In this document: positions 12,456-25,984 of the stretch, piece after piece
Layout: each line of letters begins with the position of its first letter
Numbering within the stretch: position 1 is the stretch's first letter
NCBI GenBank assembly: GCA_030390025.1
Contig: CM059427.1
Coordinates: forward strand, 122,946,001 to 123,010,000
DNA: 64,000 nt
Source: Squalus acanthias
Lineage: Eukaryota
Direction: 5' to 3'
Notes under the pieces: model-generated
Database searches by the model: none
What the model saw: only the letters and a program-made list of their open reading frames with translations
Told to the model about the DNA's origin: nothing
Translations under genes and position numbers: made by a program

Positions 12456-13159
12456 CTTGCCACAGTTCTCTTCCCTGCCCTTTACCTCTCCGCACTGCTT
12501 TTGGCCCTGCTTTATACATTACAGTGCCAAACCACACAAGTAGATATGAGGGTCACGCAAAACTGAGAAAAGCAGGGGATGGCCAAAATTCTGAACGTAC
12601 CATGCTTTTTCCGCTCATTGTCATCTCCATGATTAATGTTGTCGTTGACTTAATGTCAGACAATTGTCAGCTTTTCCTGACACAAGTATAAAAAGAAACA
12701 CGGAGTCCCCACCCTTCTGCACATTGAGTCGATTTAAATATGTATTTCTGATAGAAACACACATGTAATCAAGCGTATGCAGAGAGGTGCACCCATGAGT
12801 GAAGCTGTGTGTGTGTGTGACCATGTTGGATCAGAAGTTGCTATTGTGTAACCACAGTGTCTGGGTAGATAGGGATTCCTCTGGGGTTTGTCAAGACAAG
12901 ACAGGAAGGGGCAATGTAATTGTTAACTTTTTTTTCCTCTGTTTTATTAATAATTCTCCGTGCGCTCACTGGAACCTGTAACTGGTCACAATTCCTACCT
13001 CTGCCAGCTTCAATGTACTCTTAAAGAATGGCAGTATTCTCTAGGGCTGCTGTATAATACTTGACTCTGCTGTCAGCCACAATTTGTGGCATTCTGGCTT
13101 AACCTGCCTTTCAGGGAAAAGTAAGTGTCTGCTGCTGAATGGTTGAACTCGGCCGATTT

Positions 13160-13540
13160 CCTTCTCTCTCTCATGAAGGTACTGGATCTTGTTGGCACAA
13201 CTTTCTGGGGGTGCTGGCACTCGCTGGTACCTCACCTAAGTAGCCATTCTTCATTTCTGCAAATCTAGACAGTGAGTACTGACAAGCTTTCCAACTGTGG
13301 AGGGCACCACAGCTAGAGACAATCTTCCCCGTACCTGACGTCTATATGCACGTAATTTCCAGCAAGGGTTAGTTGGATAGTGATCAGGAGTGGAAACCCT
13401 GTTGATTTTAGTTTCCTCCTCTCCCCTGATCCAAGGGTACTGGGACAAATTATAGCGCTCCTACTGGCCCCTGGCTCAGAGCAACAAGCTCAGTACAGAC
13501 CAAGTATCATATACCGTGCATTTACTCACTCATTGGGAAG
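13160..13540 (-). mobile_element. SINE B
   Basis: ggtacctcacctaagtagccattcttcat...ctagacagtgagt...gctcagtacagacc is the reverse complement of B. Confidence 0.7.
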
Positions 13541-13774
13541 TTCGCACAACTGAAAGTTAAAATAAACGTTGATTTTATTTTTGTTTTGAATGGATAACTT
13601 AGCTCATTGAATATAATCACCATCTCTTTGTGCAATGGTTAAAAACTGATTCTTGATTTTTTTTTTGCAAGTGGAAATAATAATGAATTCTATTTGTTAA
13701 TGCAAGGAAATGCGCGAGAGATACAATGATTAGTTCTGCTGGTGAAGGTAGCGAGTAGCTAAGCTGTTATAAAC

Positions 13775-14130
13775 CCCTAAGATCCCAGCTTCCCTCCCTG
13801 GTCTGCGTTGAGTTAGCTGAACTCAGGTTGGGTGGTGGCAGGACAAGTTCATTTGACTTCAGTGACCTCTGGGTTAGGGGGGGGGCGGAAAATATCTGCC
13901 AGTGTTCCCGCTTGAGATCTGTACCCGGCGGACCCTGCTGGGAAAGTGCGCACACACGTGTGGAAGTCAGAATTGTGCTCAGTTGTGATGCTCTCCCTGG
14001 AAGAATACCCTGCTGGCACTTACTGTCCAGTCCACTCAGGTGAGGTAAGGGTGGGGGGGTGGGGGGGGGGGATTGACATCTGTTAGGTAGAAAGGAGGCA
14101 GCACCTTCAGGAGAGATGGGGAGAAGAACA
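13775..14130 (+). mobile_element. SINE B
   Basis: ccctggtctgcgttgagttagctgaactcag...gaccctgctgggaaagtgcg...caccttcaggagagatgggg. Confidence 0.7.
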
Positions 14131-15019
14131 GAAGATGGGAGAACAGAGAAATACCATTTCGTATTTAGAATTTCTGAAATATGAAAGAGGCGCAAGTGAG
14201 CTGAGGTGCAGAGCCTTGACGTCAGAGGGTATGAACACACCAGTATTTAAGCAATTTGTTTTTGTAGCAATTAGGCCATTGCAGGAAAAAAAAAACAACT
14301 CGCTCTTAACCCAAAATTGGTATTATGAGGACTGTTGTCTGTTTGGAATCTGATTCCCAAATTGGTGCCTAGGCGTAAATTACTCTTAAGTGACTTGCTC
14401 TATAGTCGAGAGAGCTCCAGTTTCTTTCTATTATGGTAATAATTTATATGAAAAGGCACATACATTAATGTCATTTTCATTGTTAAAAAGTTTCAGCAAC
14501 GTTAAAGGGTTTTGTTAGACACAATTATGTTTCACTTAAATTGTTAGTACTTTACAAATTGAGACTATTAGTAACATTGAACTTTATTTTTTTTAAAAGG
14601 TGGGATACCTCTTTTTTTTGTTTGTCTCCCTTGGGCACATTTAAGAATATAAAAAAATACCTACGCACCAATACCCTTACACAAACACTGAATCCTTTCA
14701 TGCCATTCCTTTCTTTTTCAGCTCGAACAAAGATGGCGGCTAGAGTTAGGCTTGTGGGCCTGCTCATTGTAGCATCGAGAACTGATTCTAAATAAGTTTA
14801 GTTTTGGAAAATGGCCCAAACATGTACCAGATAATCCTACCTCAGTGTTGAGCTTTGGTGCAATGTTTGTTTGTCTCTCAACATGGTACTAAGTAAACAG
14901 AACTGTTCTCTATCTCCACATCCCCTCTGTTCAGGAGCTGCTGCTAATATAAATCACATTTTCTTTTTGGAAGCTGTTATTTTTTTTTCTTTCCTCTGCT
15001 CCTTTGGTTGAACTTGGCA

Positions 15020-15240
15020 TTCAAGATTCACAAGGCACTATTCAAAAAAGAGCAAGGCGTTCTCCTGGTGTCCTGGCAAACACTCCTCCCTCAATCAACA
15101 CTATAACCAACAAATTAACTTGTCATCCATCTTATTGCTGTTTGTTGGACCTTGCTGTGCACAAAATGGCTGCAGTGTTTGCCTTTATGACAACATTTCA
15201 AAGTAGAGCATTGCGATTCTGAGCGATGTGATAAGACGCT
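15020..15240 (+). mobile_element. SINE A, 3' half, degenerate
   Basis: ggcactattcaaaaaagagcaagg...ctggtgtcctggcaaac...ttgctgtttgttggaccttgctgtgcacaaaatggctgc. Confidence 0.7.
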
Positions 15241-18115
15241 ACATGGTTTATGCCACAAAAATAATCGGAGACTGGATATAGTGAGGCTCAACACCTGAAT
15301 GCCTGGTAGTCTTCCTTCCTGGATGGCTGAACTCTATTTTAGGTGACCAATGGTGTCCAATTCCAATTCTTAAATAGTTTATGGTTTGGATCCATGTGCT
15401 TTAAAAAGATAAGATTTTAGTACTGGCATCAAGTTACAGTAAGACATTTCCTGTCCTATTCTTTGCATCCTTCCCAATATTTCACAACACTTCTCTTGCC
15501 ATGGCTGAGGAATGTGTCTTTGTCCTTAGAATTAGACATGGTACAACATAATATAGTTTTTGGTGGGTTTTTTTTTCTCTCCTGGAGGCATTGACTGTTA
15601 GTAGCCGGGGTAGATTTCCATGGGTACTGGTATCCCTCGGGTAGGTAATGCAAGAGGCCATTCTCCATTCTTGATTGTGGGTGGTTAATATTGCCGAGTT
15701 ATTTGGCCTTCCCACTTCAGAAGCGCAATCTCTAGCCTCCATGGACTGTGTCACTAAATCTTGGCTCCTATAATGAGAGGAAAGATGAGAACGCAATGGA
15801 GGTGGGATATCCCAACAGACATAGCAGAATTGAAAGGGCCCTATTAAAACCATCAGCATTTTTATGGGCAAATTTGTCCAGTGTGAAATAAAAAAATCTC
15901 CGAAGAGTTTTAGAATCAGTCAACGGGAAGGGGAATTCATAAAGAGATCTCAACAAATTCCCCAGTCAACTATTTTAAAACTAATCTGAAATAAATCAAT
16001 AGCTCGTATAACAGAGCTTTGAGAAAGATGTAATAAAGGCTATGTAGCCAGCATTGTGAAGTACAGAAGGAAGCGTCCCTCTTGCTGGGGTAGCTGTTTT
16101 TCTAGGAAATACGGTACTGAATCAAACCATAGGCATGAGGTGAGGGGCTATCAAAGCAATAGGACAAAGTTTTTTTTAAAAAGCGTAGAAACTTGAAGGC
16201 GAGACTGAAAAGTGTGATTGAACAGTAAGAATGAACCTCATGTAAAACTGTCTTGCAGAACTTGAGGGTTAGTAGGAAGATTGGTAGACTTGACCTTTGG
16301 CCTTGTCCATCAGTCACCTCGCCTTTACCCAAGCAGCCTGCACGCACATCCATTATTGCTTTAAATCCAAATTGACTGTTTCTTCACATTCGATACGAAT
16401 CAACAGCCCTCAGTGCGAAGAGAGGGCTCCGGCAAAGCACTTGTGTGTGTTATCATAGCAGGAAACCAATAAAAGGCTTAATCAGGGGGAAGGGAACTTA
16501 GAAATTAGAGGAGGGGGGAAGTTGGGGGCACGCGAAAGGTGAGGCACGTTGGCTGCGACCAGCAGCTTGGAGACCAAGCCAGCACACATCAAGATAATTA
16601 AAACACAGGGAACTAAAGAAATCGGGTACAAAATAAACACATAACTCTTCTGTTGGAGGAAACTCATCTGAAATCAAATATTTTATTAAAGTTTACACTT
16701 ACTCACCGTCAGCCCTGAAGAATGTACTTTTTCTCATCCAGTCTCAGCACTTTATTTTGTATAAATATATAAAATATAATTGGTTTCAGGGTGCCGAGTT
16801 TTGCTGGCTGTACCTTGAAGCTCAGCGACGTGATTATACAATTCCTGCTAGACGCCATGTGGTTTCGATTAGCAGTAACTTGTGATTGACTGATTTCATG
16901 AGGCATGTCAATAAGAACAGATCACTAACTCACCCAAAGTTAGAGAAAGAAAGGCTTGTTTCTTTTCAAACAAAGAAAACACACGAACCTATTATGCCCT
17001 TGACTGTTTATTTATTATTATGAATACATTTCTGTTTATTCCAGTCGCGTTCTTGTCTGCACACACGAGGCAGCCCAGGATGAATCATTCCATCATTTTG
17101 GGGGGAGAGAAAGGGATAACTGCATTCACACTGCCTTCTTCTCGGGAGATTTTTTCTTTCACCCGTACTGGGCTGGCATGGAGTAAATTGTCCGCAGCGG
17201 TGTCTGCAGACCGTGAAAACAATTCGATGCACTTGGAAGTGCTTTATCTATAGCATGCACATCGGCACATCTTAAGTACTTGGGAGGCCTGCTTCTTTCA
17301 GCCGACTTAATGGCATCGTGAGCAGGTCCTTGCTAGAAGTGTGAGAGGCACAAAAGATATGGCAACTACAAAGTGAAATCAAAGTGTTCCTCACTGTGTA
17401 TGAACAGGCCGACATATTCATTTAACCCTTTCACTGGTTGCAGCAGTGTTACAAACCGCTGGCTGATTTTAAATGGGATTGTTCAAGGGCTATGATCCAA
17501 TTTTTGCGTTCCTCAATATGATATTTAAACTGCTTCCTCCCCTCCGCTGCCACCACCCCCTGCCCCCCCCCCGACTTCCCCCCAGTCTCTGCTATGTGTG
17601 CGAACACCCATCCCATTCATTCTCCTCCTGGTATCTGCTGCTGCTGTTAGGCTGAAGTAACACAGGGGCTTTGCAGCAAAGACCTGTACCGGGAACTCCC
17701 CCACAATGCTGGAGGCATTGGCTCTAGCTCAGGTACAATTATCAGAGTGATCGCTACCTTCCAGTACCTCGGCCAGCTGGCCATTTTGTACATGTGAGTC
17801 CTGACAGTGAGTGAGGTCAGGAGCAGGAACCGGCCCCGCCCCACCCCCACCCCTCCTGCCGGTTTTCCCTTTCCAACCCATGACCGCTGAGGTACTGCTC
17901 CTGCTGCAGCTCTGCCCGAGGTGTCAGAACAGACCTGGATTGCGGCCTGGGACTCCGCTTGGCCTGTGCAGCTCGGTTATTCATTGAAACAACCTTTTGT
18001 TTTAACAGCCATCGATTAGCTGTGCCTGAAAGGAAGTAACCAAACTCTTCACTGAGGTAATGGCATTTGGGGCACTATGTTTACACGGAGTGTTCCATTC
18101 CTTCTGCACCCTATT

Positions 18116-18713
18116 ACATAGAATTACACAGAATTACATCAAATTTACAGCACAGAAACAGGCCAGTCAGCCCAACTGGTCCATGCCGGTGTTTTTTTGA
18201 TTCGTTCATGGGATGTGGGCGTCGCTGGCAAGGCCAGCATTTATTGCCCATCCCTAGTTGCCCTTGAGAAGGTGGTGGTGAGCCGCCTTCTTGAACCGCT
18301 GCAGTCCATGTGGTGAAGGTACTCCCACAGTGCTGTTAGGGAGGGAGTTCCAGGATTTTGACCCAGCGACGATGAAGGATCGGCGATATACTTCTAAGTT
18401 TATGCTCCACACGAGCCTCCTCCCACCCTACTTCACCTTACACTATCAGCATAACCTTTATTCCTTTCTCCCTCCTGTGTTTATTCAGCGTCCCCTTAAA
18501 TGCATCTATGCTATTCACCTCAACCACTCCATGTGGTAGGGAGTTTCACATTCTCACCACCCTCTGGGTAGTTTTGGTCTGCCCCCACAAGTGGAAACAT
18601 CTTCTCTATGTCTACCCCATCAAACTTCTTCATAATTTTAAAGACATCTATTAGGTCACCCCTCGGCCTTCACTTTTCTAGAGAAAAGAGCCCCAGCCTG
18701 TTCAGTCTCTCCT
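18116..18713 (-). mobile_element. CR1-clade LINE 3' end, split by a second LINE end
   Basis: catagaattacacagaattaca tail repeat and acagcacagaaacaggcc; resumes at about 18399 (tttatgctccacacgagcc). Same family as 59066-59365. Confidence 0.85.
18192..18398 (-). mobile_element. LINE 3' end (tail shared with SINE C), nested
   Basis: gggatgtgggcgtcgctggcaaggccagcatttattgcccatcccta...gagttccaggattttgacccagcgac; the reverse of 40735-40960. Confidence 0.85.
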
Positions 18714-19388
18714 ACATTTGGGTTAAAAAATGGCTAGCATCTGTATACTGTGTTTTGGCTCATGATTCCACTGAAAGTGTGTACTGCCCCCTCACCGCCC
18801 CACTCAAGAGGAAGGATGAGTAGACCTCTAGAGTTTATATATTAGGTCACGGGCCGCTTCATTTCTACTGAAGCTTTTATATTTGCACTGTCAATACAGT
18901 CTGTTCCGGCAGAGCGACCTCCATGTACCGTTCTCCCACTGTTATGCCCAGGCTAGGGAGTGGGCCTCCTCTTTGATAGGCAGACCCACAGAGAGCTGAC
19001 ACGTGGATTTGCTACCCCACATATACCGATGCCCTTTGCCCGACAGCAGAATATTAGGCCCACATTCTGGCGGAGCTGCACAGGGTCTGCAGCTGGCTGC
19101 ACTCCTGGAGTGTGAAAGCACTTTTGATTGCTGCCTGTCACTTCTCATTCGCAACCTCATGAAGTTGCAGTTTGCTTACAAGGCTGGTTTACAACATTAA
19201 CACCAGCTTGATGTTATTACCTGCTGTTACTAAAGAACGCTGGTCCTGGCTTTTTTGCAGTGTGTAAATCACAATCTTACGAAGTAGGAAACTGCTGACA
19301 TTTAAAAATGTGGATATCGACTTAAAAATATGCGTCCTCGTCGCCTAAAGCAACTGCAATCATATCAGTGATGTTTAACAATAGTCAC

Positions 19389-22005
19389 CGAATCGCAGAT
19401 AGCACACACTCCAATCACAGATACCTCACACTCCAATCACAGATACCTCACACTCCAATCACAGATACCACACTCTCCAATCACAGATAGCACACACTCC
19501 AATCACAGATACCACACTCTCCAATCACAGATACCACACTCTCCAATCACAGATAGCACACACTCCAATCACAGATACCACACTCTCCAATCACAGATAC
19601 CTCACTCTCCAATCACAGATACCTCATACTCCAATCACAGATACCACACTCTCCAATCACAGATACCACACACTCCAATCACAGATACCTCACTCTCCAA
19701 TCACAGATACCTCACTCTCCAATCACAGATACCTCATACTCCAATCACAGATACCACACACTCCAATCACAGATACCTCACTCTCCAATCACAGATACCT
19801 CATACTCCAATCACAGATACCTCACTCTCCAATCACAGATACCACACACTCCAATCACAGATACCTCACTCTCCAATCACAGATACCTCACTCTCCAATC
19901 ACAGATACCTCATACTCCAATCACAGATACCACACACTCCAATCACAGATACCTCACTCTCCAATCACAGATACCTCACTCTCCAATCACAGATACCTCA
20001 TACTCCAATCACAGATACCACACACTCCAATCACAGATACCTCACACTCCAATCACAGATACCACACACTCCAATCACAGATACCACACACTCCAATCAC
20101 AGATACCTCACACCCCAATCACAGATACCTCACTCTCCAATCACAGATACCTCACTCTCCAATCACAGATACCTCACACCCCAATCACAGATACCTCACT
20201 CTCCAATCACAGATACAACAATCTCCAATCACAGATACCACAATCTCCAATCACAGATACCACAATCTCCAATCACAGATACCTCATACTCCAATCACAG
20301 CTACCTCAATCTCCAATCACAGATACCACAATCTCCAATCACAGATACCACAATCTCCAATCACAGATACCACAATCTCCAATCACAGATACCACAATCT
20401 CCAATCAAAGATACCTCAATCTCCGATCACAGATACCTCAATCTCCAATCACAGATACCTCAATCTCCAATCACAGATACCACACACTCCAATCACAGAT
20501 ACCTCAATCTCCAGTCACAGATAAAACAATCTCCAATCACAGATACCTCACTCTCCAATCACAGATACCACAATCTCCAATCACAGATACCACAATCTCC
20601 AATCACAGATACCTCACTCTCCAATCACAGATACCACAATCTCCAATCACAGATACCACAATCTCCAATCACAGATACCACACTCTCCAATCACAGATAC
20701 CACACACTCCAATCACAGATACCTCACTCTCCAATCACAGATACCTCACTCTCCAATCACAGATACCTCATACTCCAATCACAGATACCACACACTCCAA
20801 TCACAGATACCTCACTCTCCAATCACAGATACCTCACTCTCCAATCACAGATACCTCATACTCCAATCACAGATACCACACACTCCAATCACAGATACCT
20901 CACACTCCAATCACAGATACCACACACTCCAATCACAGATACCACACACTCCAATCACAGATACCTCACACCCCAATCACAGATACCTCACTCTCCAATC
21001 ACAGATACCTCACTCTCCAATCACAGATACCTCACACCCCAATCACAGATACCTCACTCTCCAATCACAGATACAACAATCTCCAATCACAGATACCACA
21101 ATCTCCAATCACAGATACCACAATCTCCAATCACAGATACCTCATACTCCAATCACAGCTACCTCAATCTCCAATCACAGATACCACAATCTCCAATCAC
21201 AGATACCACAATCTCCAATCACAGATACCACAATCTCCAATCACAGATACCACAATCTCCAATCAAAGATACCTCAATCTCCGATCACAGATACCTCAAT
21301 CTCCAATCACAGATACCTCAATCTCCAATCACAGATACCACACACTCCAATCACAGATACCTCAATCTCCAGTCACAGATAAAACAATCTCCAATCACAG
21401 ATACCTCACTCTCCAATCACAGATACCACAATCTCCAATCACAGATACCACAATCTCCAATCACAGATACCTCACTCTCCAATCACAGATACCACAATCT
21501 CCAATCACAGATACCACAATCTCCAATCACAGATACCACACACTCCAATCACAGATACCTCACTCTCGAATCACAGATACCTCACTCTCCAATCACAGAT
21601 ACCTCACTCTCCAATCACAGATACCTCACACTCCAATCACAGATACCACACACTCCAATCACAGATACCACAATCTCCAATCACAGATACCACAATCTCC
21701 AATCACAGATACCACACTCTCCAATCACAGATACCTCACTCTCCAATCACAGATACCACACACTCCAATCACAGATACCACAATCTCCAATCACAGATAC
21801 CACAATCTCCAATCACAGATACCACACTCTCCAATCACAGATACCTCACTCTCCAATCACAGATACCTCACTCTCCAATCACAGATACCTCACACTCCAA
21901 TCACAGGTACCACAATCTCCAATCACAGATACCTCACTCTCCAATCACAGATACCTCACTCTCCAATCACAGATACCACACTCTCCAATCACAGATACCA
22001 CATAC
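19389..22005. repeat. Minisatellite, 22-bp unit, about 119 copies
   Basis: ccaatcacagatacc(t/a)ca(ca/ct/at/ta)ct; phase is exact from 19411 to 21985 (117 x 22). Confidence 0.99.
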
Positions 22006-22139
22006 TCGCCAGTTGGCTTGACCGAGTAGAATTTTTCTTCAACCTAGTGAGACGCAAACGTCAGCCATGTTTCCTGAACCTGCTGCTTATGCTGGAAAGT
22101 AAATATGTATTTTCTAACAGAATCTCAGACTTTGCAAGC

Positions 22140-22460
22140 TCCCTCAGTGGCTCAGTTGGGAGCTGCAGTAGCCTGGTGCGTTACAGGAAGCTCTCAGGAT
22201 TGATCACTCTCGTCTGTGTTGCCAGTTGAGGCTACATTAGCAATGTTACAATCGACCACTGCCCCTCCCGGTTGACAGTGAGATCGTGCGGGTGTGAGGC
22301 GAGGGTGGGACCCAGCTCTGCTGTGGGACCACCTTGATTGAGTCACATGTTAACACTCACCGTCCAGGCTCAGCCTGTGAAGGGTGGCTGTATTGAATGA
22401 GGTGCCACACTCCTGCTGAACAGGACCCCGAAACTGAGCAGCGCCTTCAGCAGAGAAAGG
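22140..22460 (+). mobile_element. SINE B, degenerate
   Basis: gtggctcagttgg head...cactcaccgtccaggctca...cagcgccttcagcagagaaagggg. Confidence 0.55.
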
Positions 22461-24559
22461 GGAAATAAATCTGAAATCTCCGTGATACAGGCTGGGGTGG
22501 AGGACTGCCTTTTTCTTTCACTCGGGAGTCCAAGTCCATAGCTGTGCTTAATGTGTGTATTGTTAGCTTGGTGATGTGCATATACACACACAAACAACAC
22601 ACAAAGACCTCATCTTTGCCTGCTTCATTCCCTTTTCCAGACACCTCCAGGGTAGCAGTCCCCAGTGTTAGATCAAACAGCAGGTTTCCAGTCAATATTA
22701 CAGAGTAGTACATTTATACCGTAACAAATGCATACTGGGCTCTGTGTTGTTTTATCCATGCAGTAATTAAATGCAGCTTCAAACAGTATTGAAGGTACAA
22801 TTCTTTGTGCTCACTGCTTAATTAGTTTTGCTTTGTCCTCGAAGTGTCCCATCACAGTCCAATCAATAGCACTCTGGAGAACCCTCAACTGATAATGGGA
22901 ACAGATCTGACTGCCTTGAGGTGGAATCCGGACAGTCTTTAAGCTTAGAAAAATAGTTCCAATAAATGTATCAACAGTCATATAAAACTCTGGCCATTAA
23001 TCTTGTCAGGGTAAGAAATATAATGAGTGGTTTTAATTGAAGTTTATTTCTTTGAGTGTAGTTGGTTTATTAGGTGGAAAGTGATTCAGCAGTAAATTGT
23101 AACAGTGGAAATCTGCTTAAATGCACTAGTCTGCAAAGCATTTTAATGCATAAGCCTGATAGATGTGGAAAGTAGAGGCGTCCACGGAATTTTACTGTAT
23201 ATTTTATTGATGCCTACTCTGTACAAATCATCCTGTTTGATTTGGTTGCTGAGTGGAGTATTAATCCTTGATAAAGTCTCTCTTCCGTAAAAGAATACAT
23301 TGGCTTTTTACTTTGGCGTTATGTGGGTCCTTAAAAGGGGTCGGTCAGTAAGTCCTGAAGGCGGTTTTATGTGAGTGGGACGCAGTCAGCAGAAAAACAG
23401 ACACTTCTCCCACTTGTGAATTGTGACCCATTCGTTGTGGATCTTGTGAGATGCTGATGGACTCACTGGCCCTGCTAAGCACAACAAAGCGGTTTAATGC
23501 CTGTTGATAGTAACGCCATGCCGTAGCGTCAAAGGAAAATCCTTTGTGCGGGGAATGGGGCTCCTTATTTTCCTGGTTGGGTGCTATATTGGCCTACCAA
23601 AAGTTAACACAGAATAAACAGGGGAGAACAGTGCTGGGAAGTCCTGAAACCTAGCAACACATTAAAGACAACTTAATAATGAACTTAATCATGTCTCCTT
23701 GCCAATGGCTGATGTGTATTTATCCATCAGACTGTAGGTAAACCGAGTGATTCCTGCTCCTTTGAGAATTGGAATCAAACAATGTCGGCAGATTGGCGCT
23801 ACAGTCTCACAGTCCTATCTCTGACTCCCGCTCCCGTCAAGTGCGAAATGGCGTAATTTTCCTTTATTTGCTGTAATAAAGGAGAGGGTAAATTTATTCA
23901 ACAATGTCCTGGATCTTGATTCAGTTACAAAATGCTTATTATAAAGAGAGCATTATATATGGTCTTTCTAATCAAAAGGGAGAAGCATATGTTAGATCAT
24001 AGGTGCATCAGAGAGTGTTATAGTGAGGGATGTGTGATAGTGAGGGTTTGCTATATAGTTAGTGTCTGTGTTACAGGAGGATGGCATTAGTCTCGTGTAT
24101 TATATCAGAGGCTGTGGGGTATATTATGGATTGCTTAACATGTCCAAACCCTATCCTCAAAGAATTAATACAGCACCTTTGAAAATCACATATGCCTATC
24201 TATAAGTTGTTTTTCGTGGGATCTTACAGACCTGGAGTCTCCTATAGGATTGGGTGGGTGGGACGCAGGGGGCCTCGGTATTTAGGGCCACATATAGGTT
24301 TGGGGGAAGGGTATTTAGGGTCTTCTGCAGGATTCAGGAGAGATTCTTGTGGGATACAGAACTGTGGCTCAGTGAGCAAATACCCCCTGTCTATCCTAAA
24401 ACTACACTCTTGGGGCATCCTGATGCCGATCCACATTGCTTATCACACTTTACATTCCACCCTGTATAACAATCTAATGAGTGAGCTTGTATTGCAAGCA
24501 AATTGTAAGGAAAAAAAATGACTTCCATAATGAGTATTGCACTAAAAGTCATAGAGACC

Positions 24560-24870
24560 AGCACATCCCAGGCCTGCGATGGGCCACCTGATCCCAGTCA
24601 GTGGGCTAGAGGAAGAGGTGCTAGAATTGATCTCAGCACCCCAGAACTAGGCAGAGTGAAAAATTCAGCCAGCATTTTTGCTTCTGGATAGTGCACAAGT
24701 ATAGTTGGGACAGGATTGGGTTTGGCAATGATGCCCCCAAGGCCATATAGCTTGCCGACTGTTCACTGTCTAGGCCCCCAAAAAATAAGAGCGCTCATTT
24801 TGGTATCGGAGGATGTCTGTGGAACTGACCATCAAGGAGTCGACACCTTCAATAGAACAGGAAAGAAATT
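24560..24870 (+). mobile_element. SINE B, degenerate
   Basis: ctcagcacccc...aaattcagccag...ggacaggattgggtttggcaatgatgcccc...cactgtctaggc...gagtcgacaccttca. Confidence 0.65.
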
Positions 24871-25900
24871 GCCCCCAAAAATGTGATATTGTGACTAAAA
24901 AGCTAGTGCAATAGTAAAGAAACATCTAGCAGATTCTAATTGAGGAGGGCACCTGTGGAGAGAGATGTCTCATCTGACTGGGATCTAAGCCCTTAATGGT
25001 GTTATTCTTCAGCACTTTGATGTTTATAGAGAGTGGGATTTTTTACATGGGAGTCTGGTGTGTTTGTTGCTGTTTGGCTGCTTCTCTTTGCACTCCTCAC
25101 CTCCTAATAATCTTCCGCAGACACATTACACCAGCGCGAGTGTACTGAAGCCAGGGGTTTTTTATGATAATTATTTTGTTTGTTAATGACCTGCCAATAA
25201 ACAAATGGCAGCGGGAGGAATTTGCCAGGTTTTGGCGCGCCGTGTCTCTCTTCACGCCAGCTGAGACACTAGGGCTGTTCTTTTATAAGATGGGAAGCCC
25301 CCATTGCCAGTTCCCAGTCTCGAGTGGCACTTCACAAAAGAATGTGGCTGGCCTGGTGGCAACACGTCGCGACAAGCTAGGAGAGACTGTGAAGTGTTAA
25401 AATGTTTACATAGGGAGTGCCAATAGTCATTAGCATGCGATGAGGAATGCTTCTAAACATGCCTGCTGGTTCACTTTCCAAAGATAGGCAGCCACACAAA
25501 GGATTGCTGGTTGGAATAAAGCCACTCAATTTAAAGTATCTCATTGTTTTTTTTTAACTTAACTAGTAGTAATTGAGTGAACTAATAGTGATTGATTGAC
25601 GCTCGTGAAAGCTGTAAATCAGGTCTGTATGTAGTTGTACTGTTTCGATATTTTGCCATTTCCAGGGTGGGGTGGGGGGGGGGGGAGATGCCCGTTATTG
25701 AAGGGTCTTTCTCTCCGAGAGCTTTTCCACTCTTTCTGCTATGTATCGTTTACCCTGTGTCCCACTCCCACAGACGAGAAGGCTGGTAGGGAACTTGCTA
25801 CCAGGTCCCTGAAGCGTTGTCACTCCTCACCTGGGCATCTGGTGCAAGAGTGTCACTGAACTGACTTGCGCTGCCAATCTTCTCTGTCTCTCTCTCTTGC

Positions 25901-25984
25901 TGCGGAGATGCCGGTGTTGGACTGGGGTGGACAAAATTGAGAGGTCGCACAACATTGAGTCAGTTTGCAGTTGTGCGGTCTCTC
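25901..25984. mobile_element. Penelope-like mini-insertion, collapsed palindrome
   Basis: tgcggagatgccggtgttggactggggtggacaaa leader shared with 40212 and 53560; short inverted arms; flanking direct repeat tctctctcttgc at 25889-25900 and 25979-25990. Confidence 0.75.
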
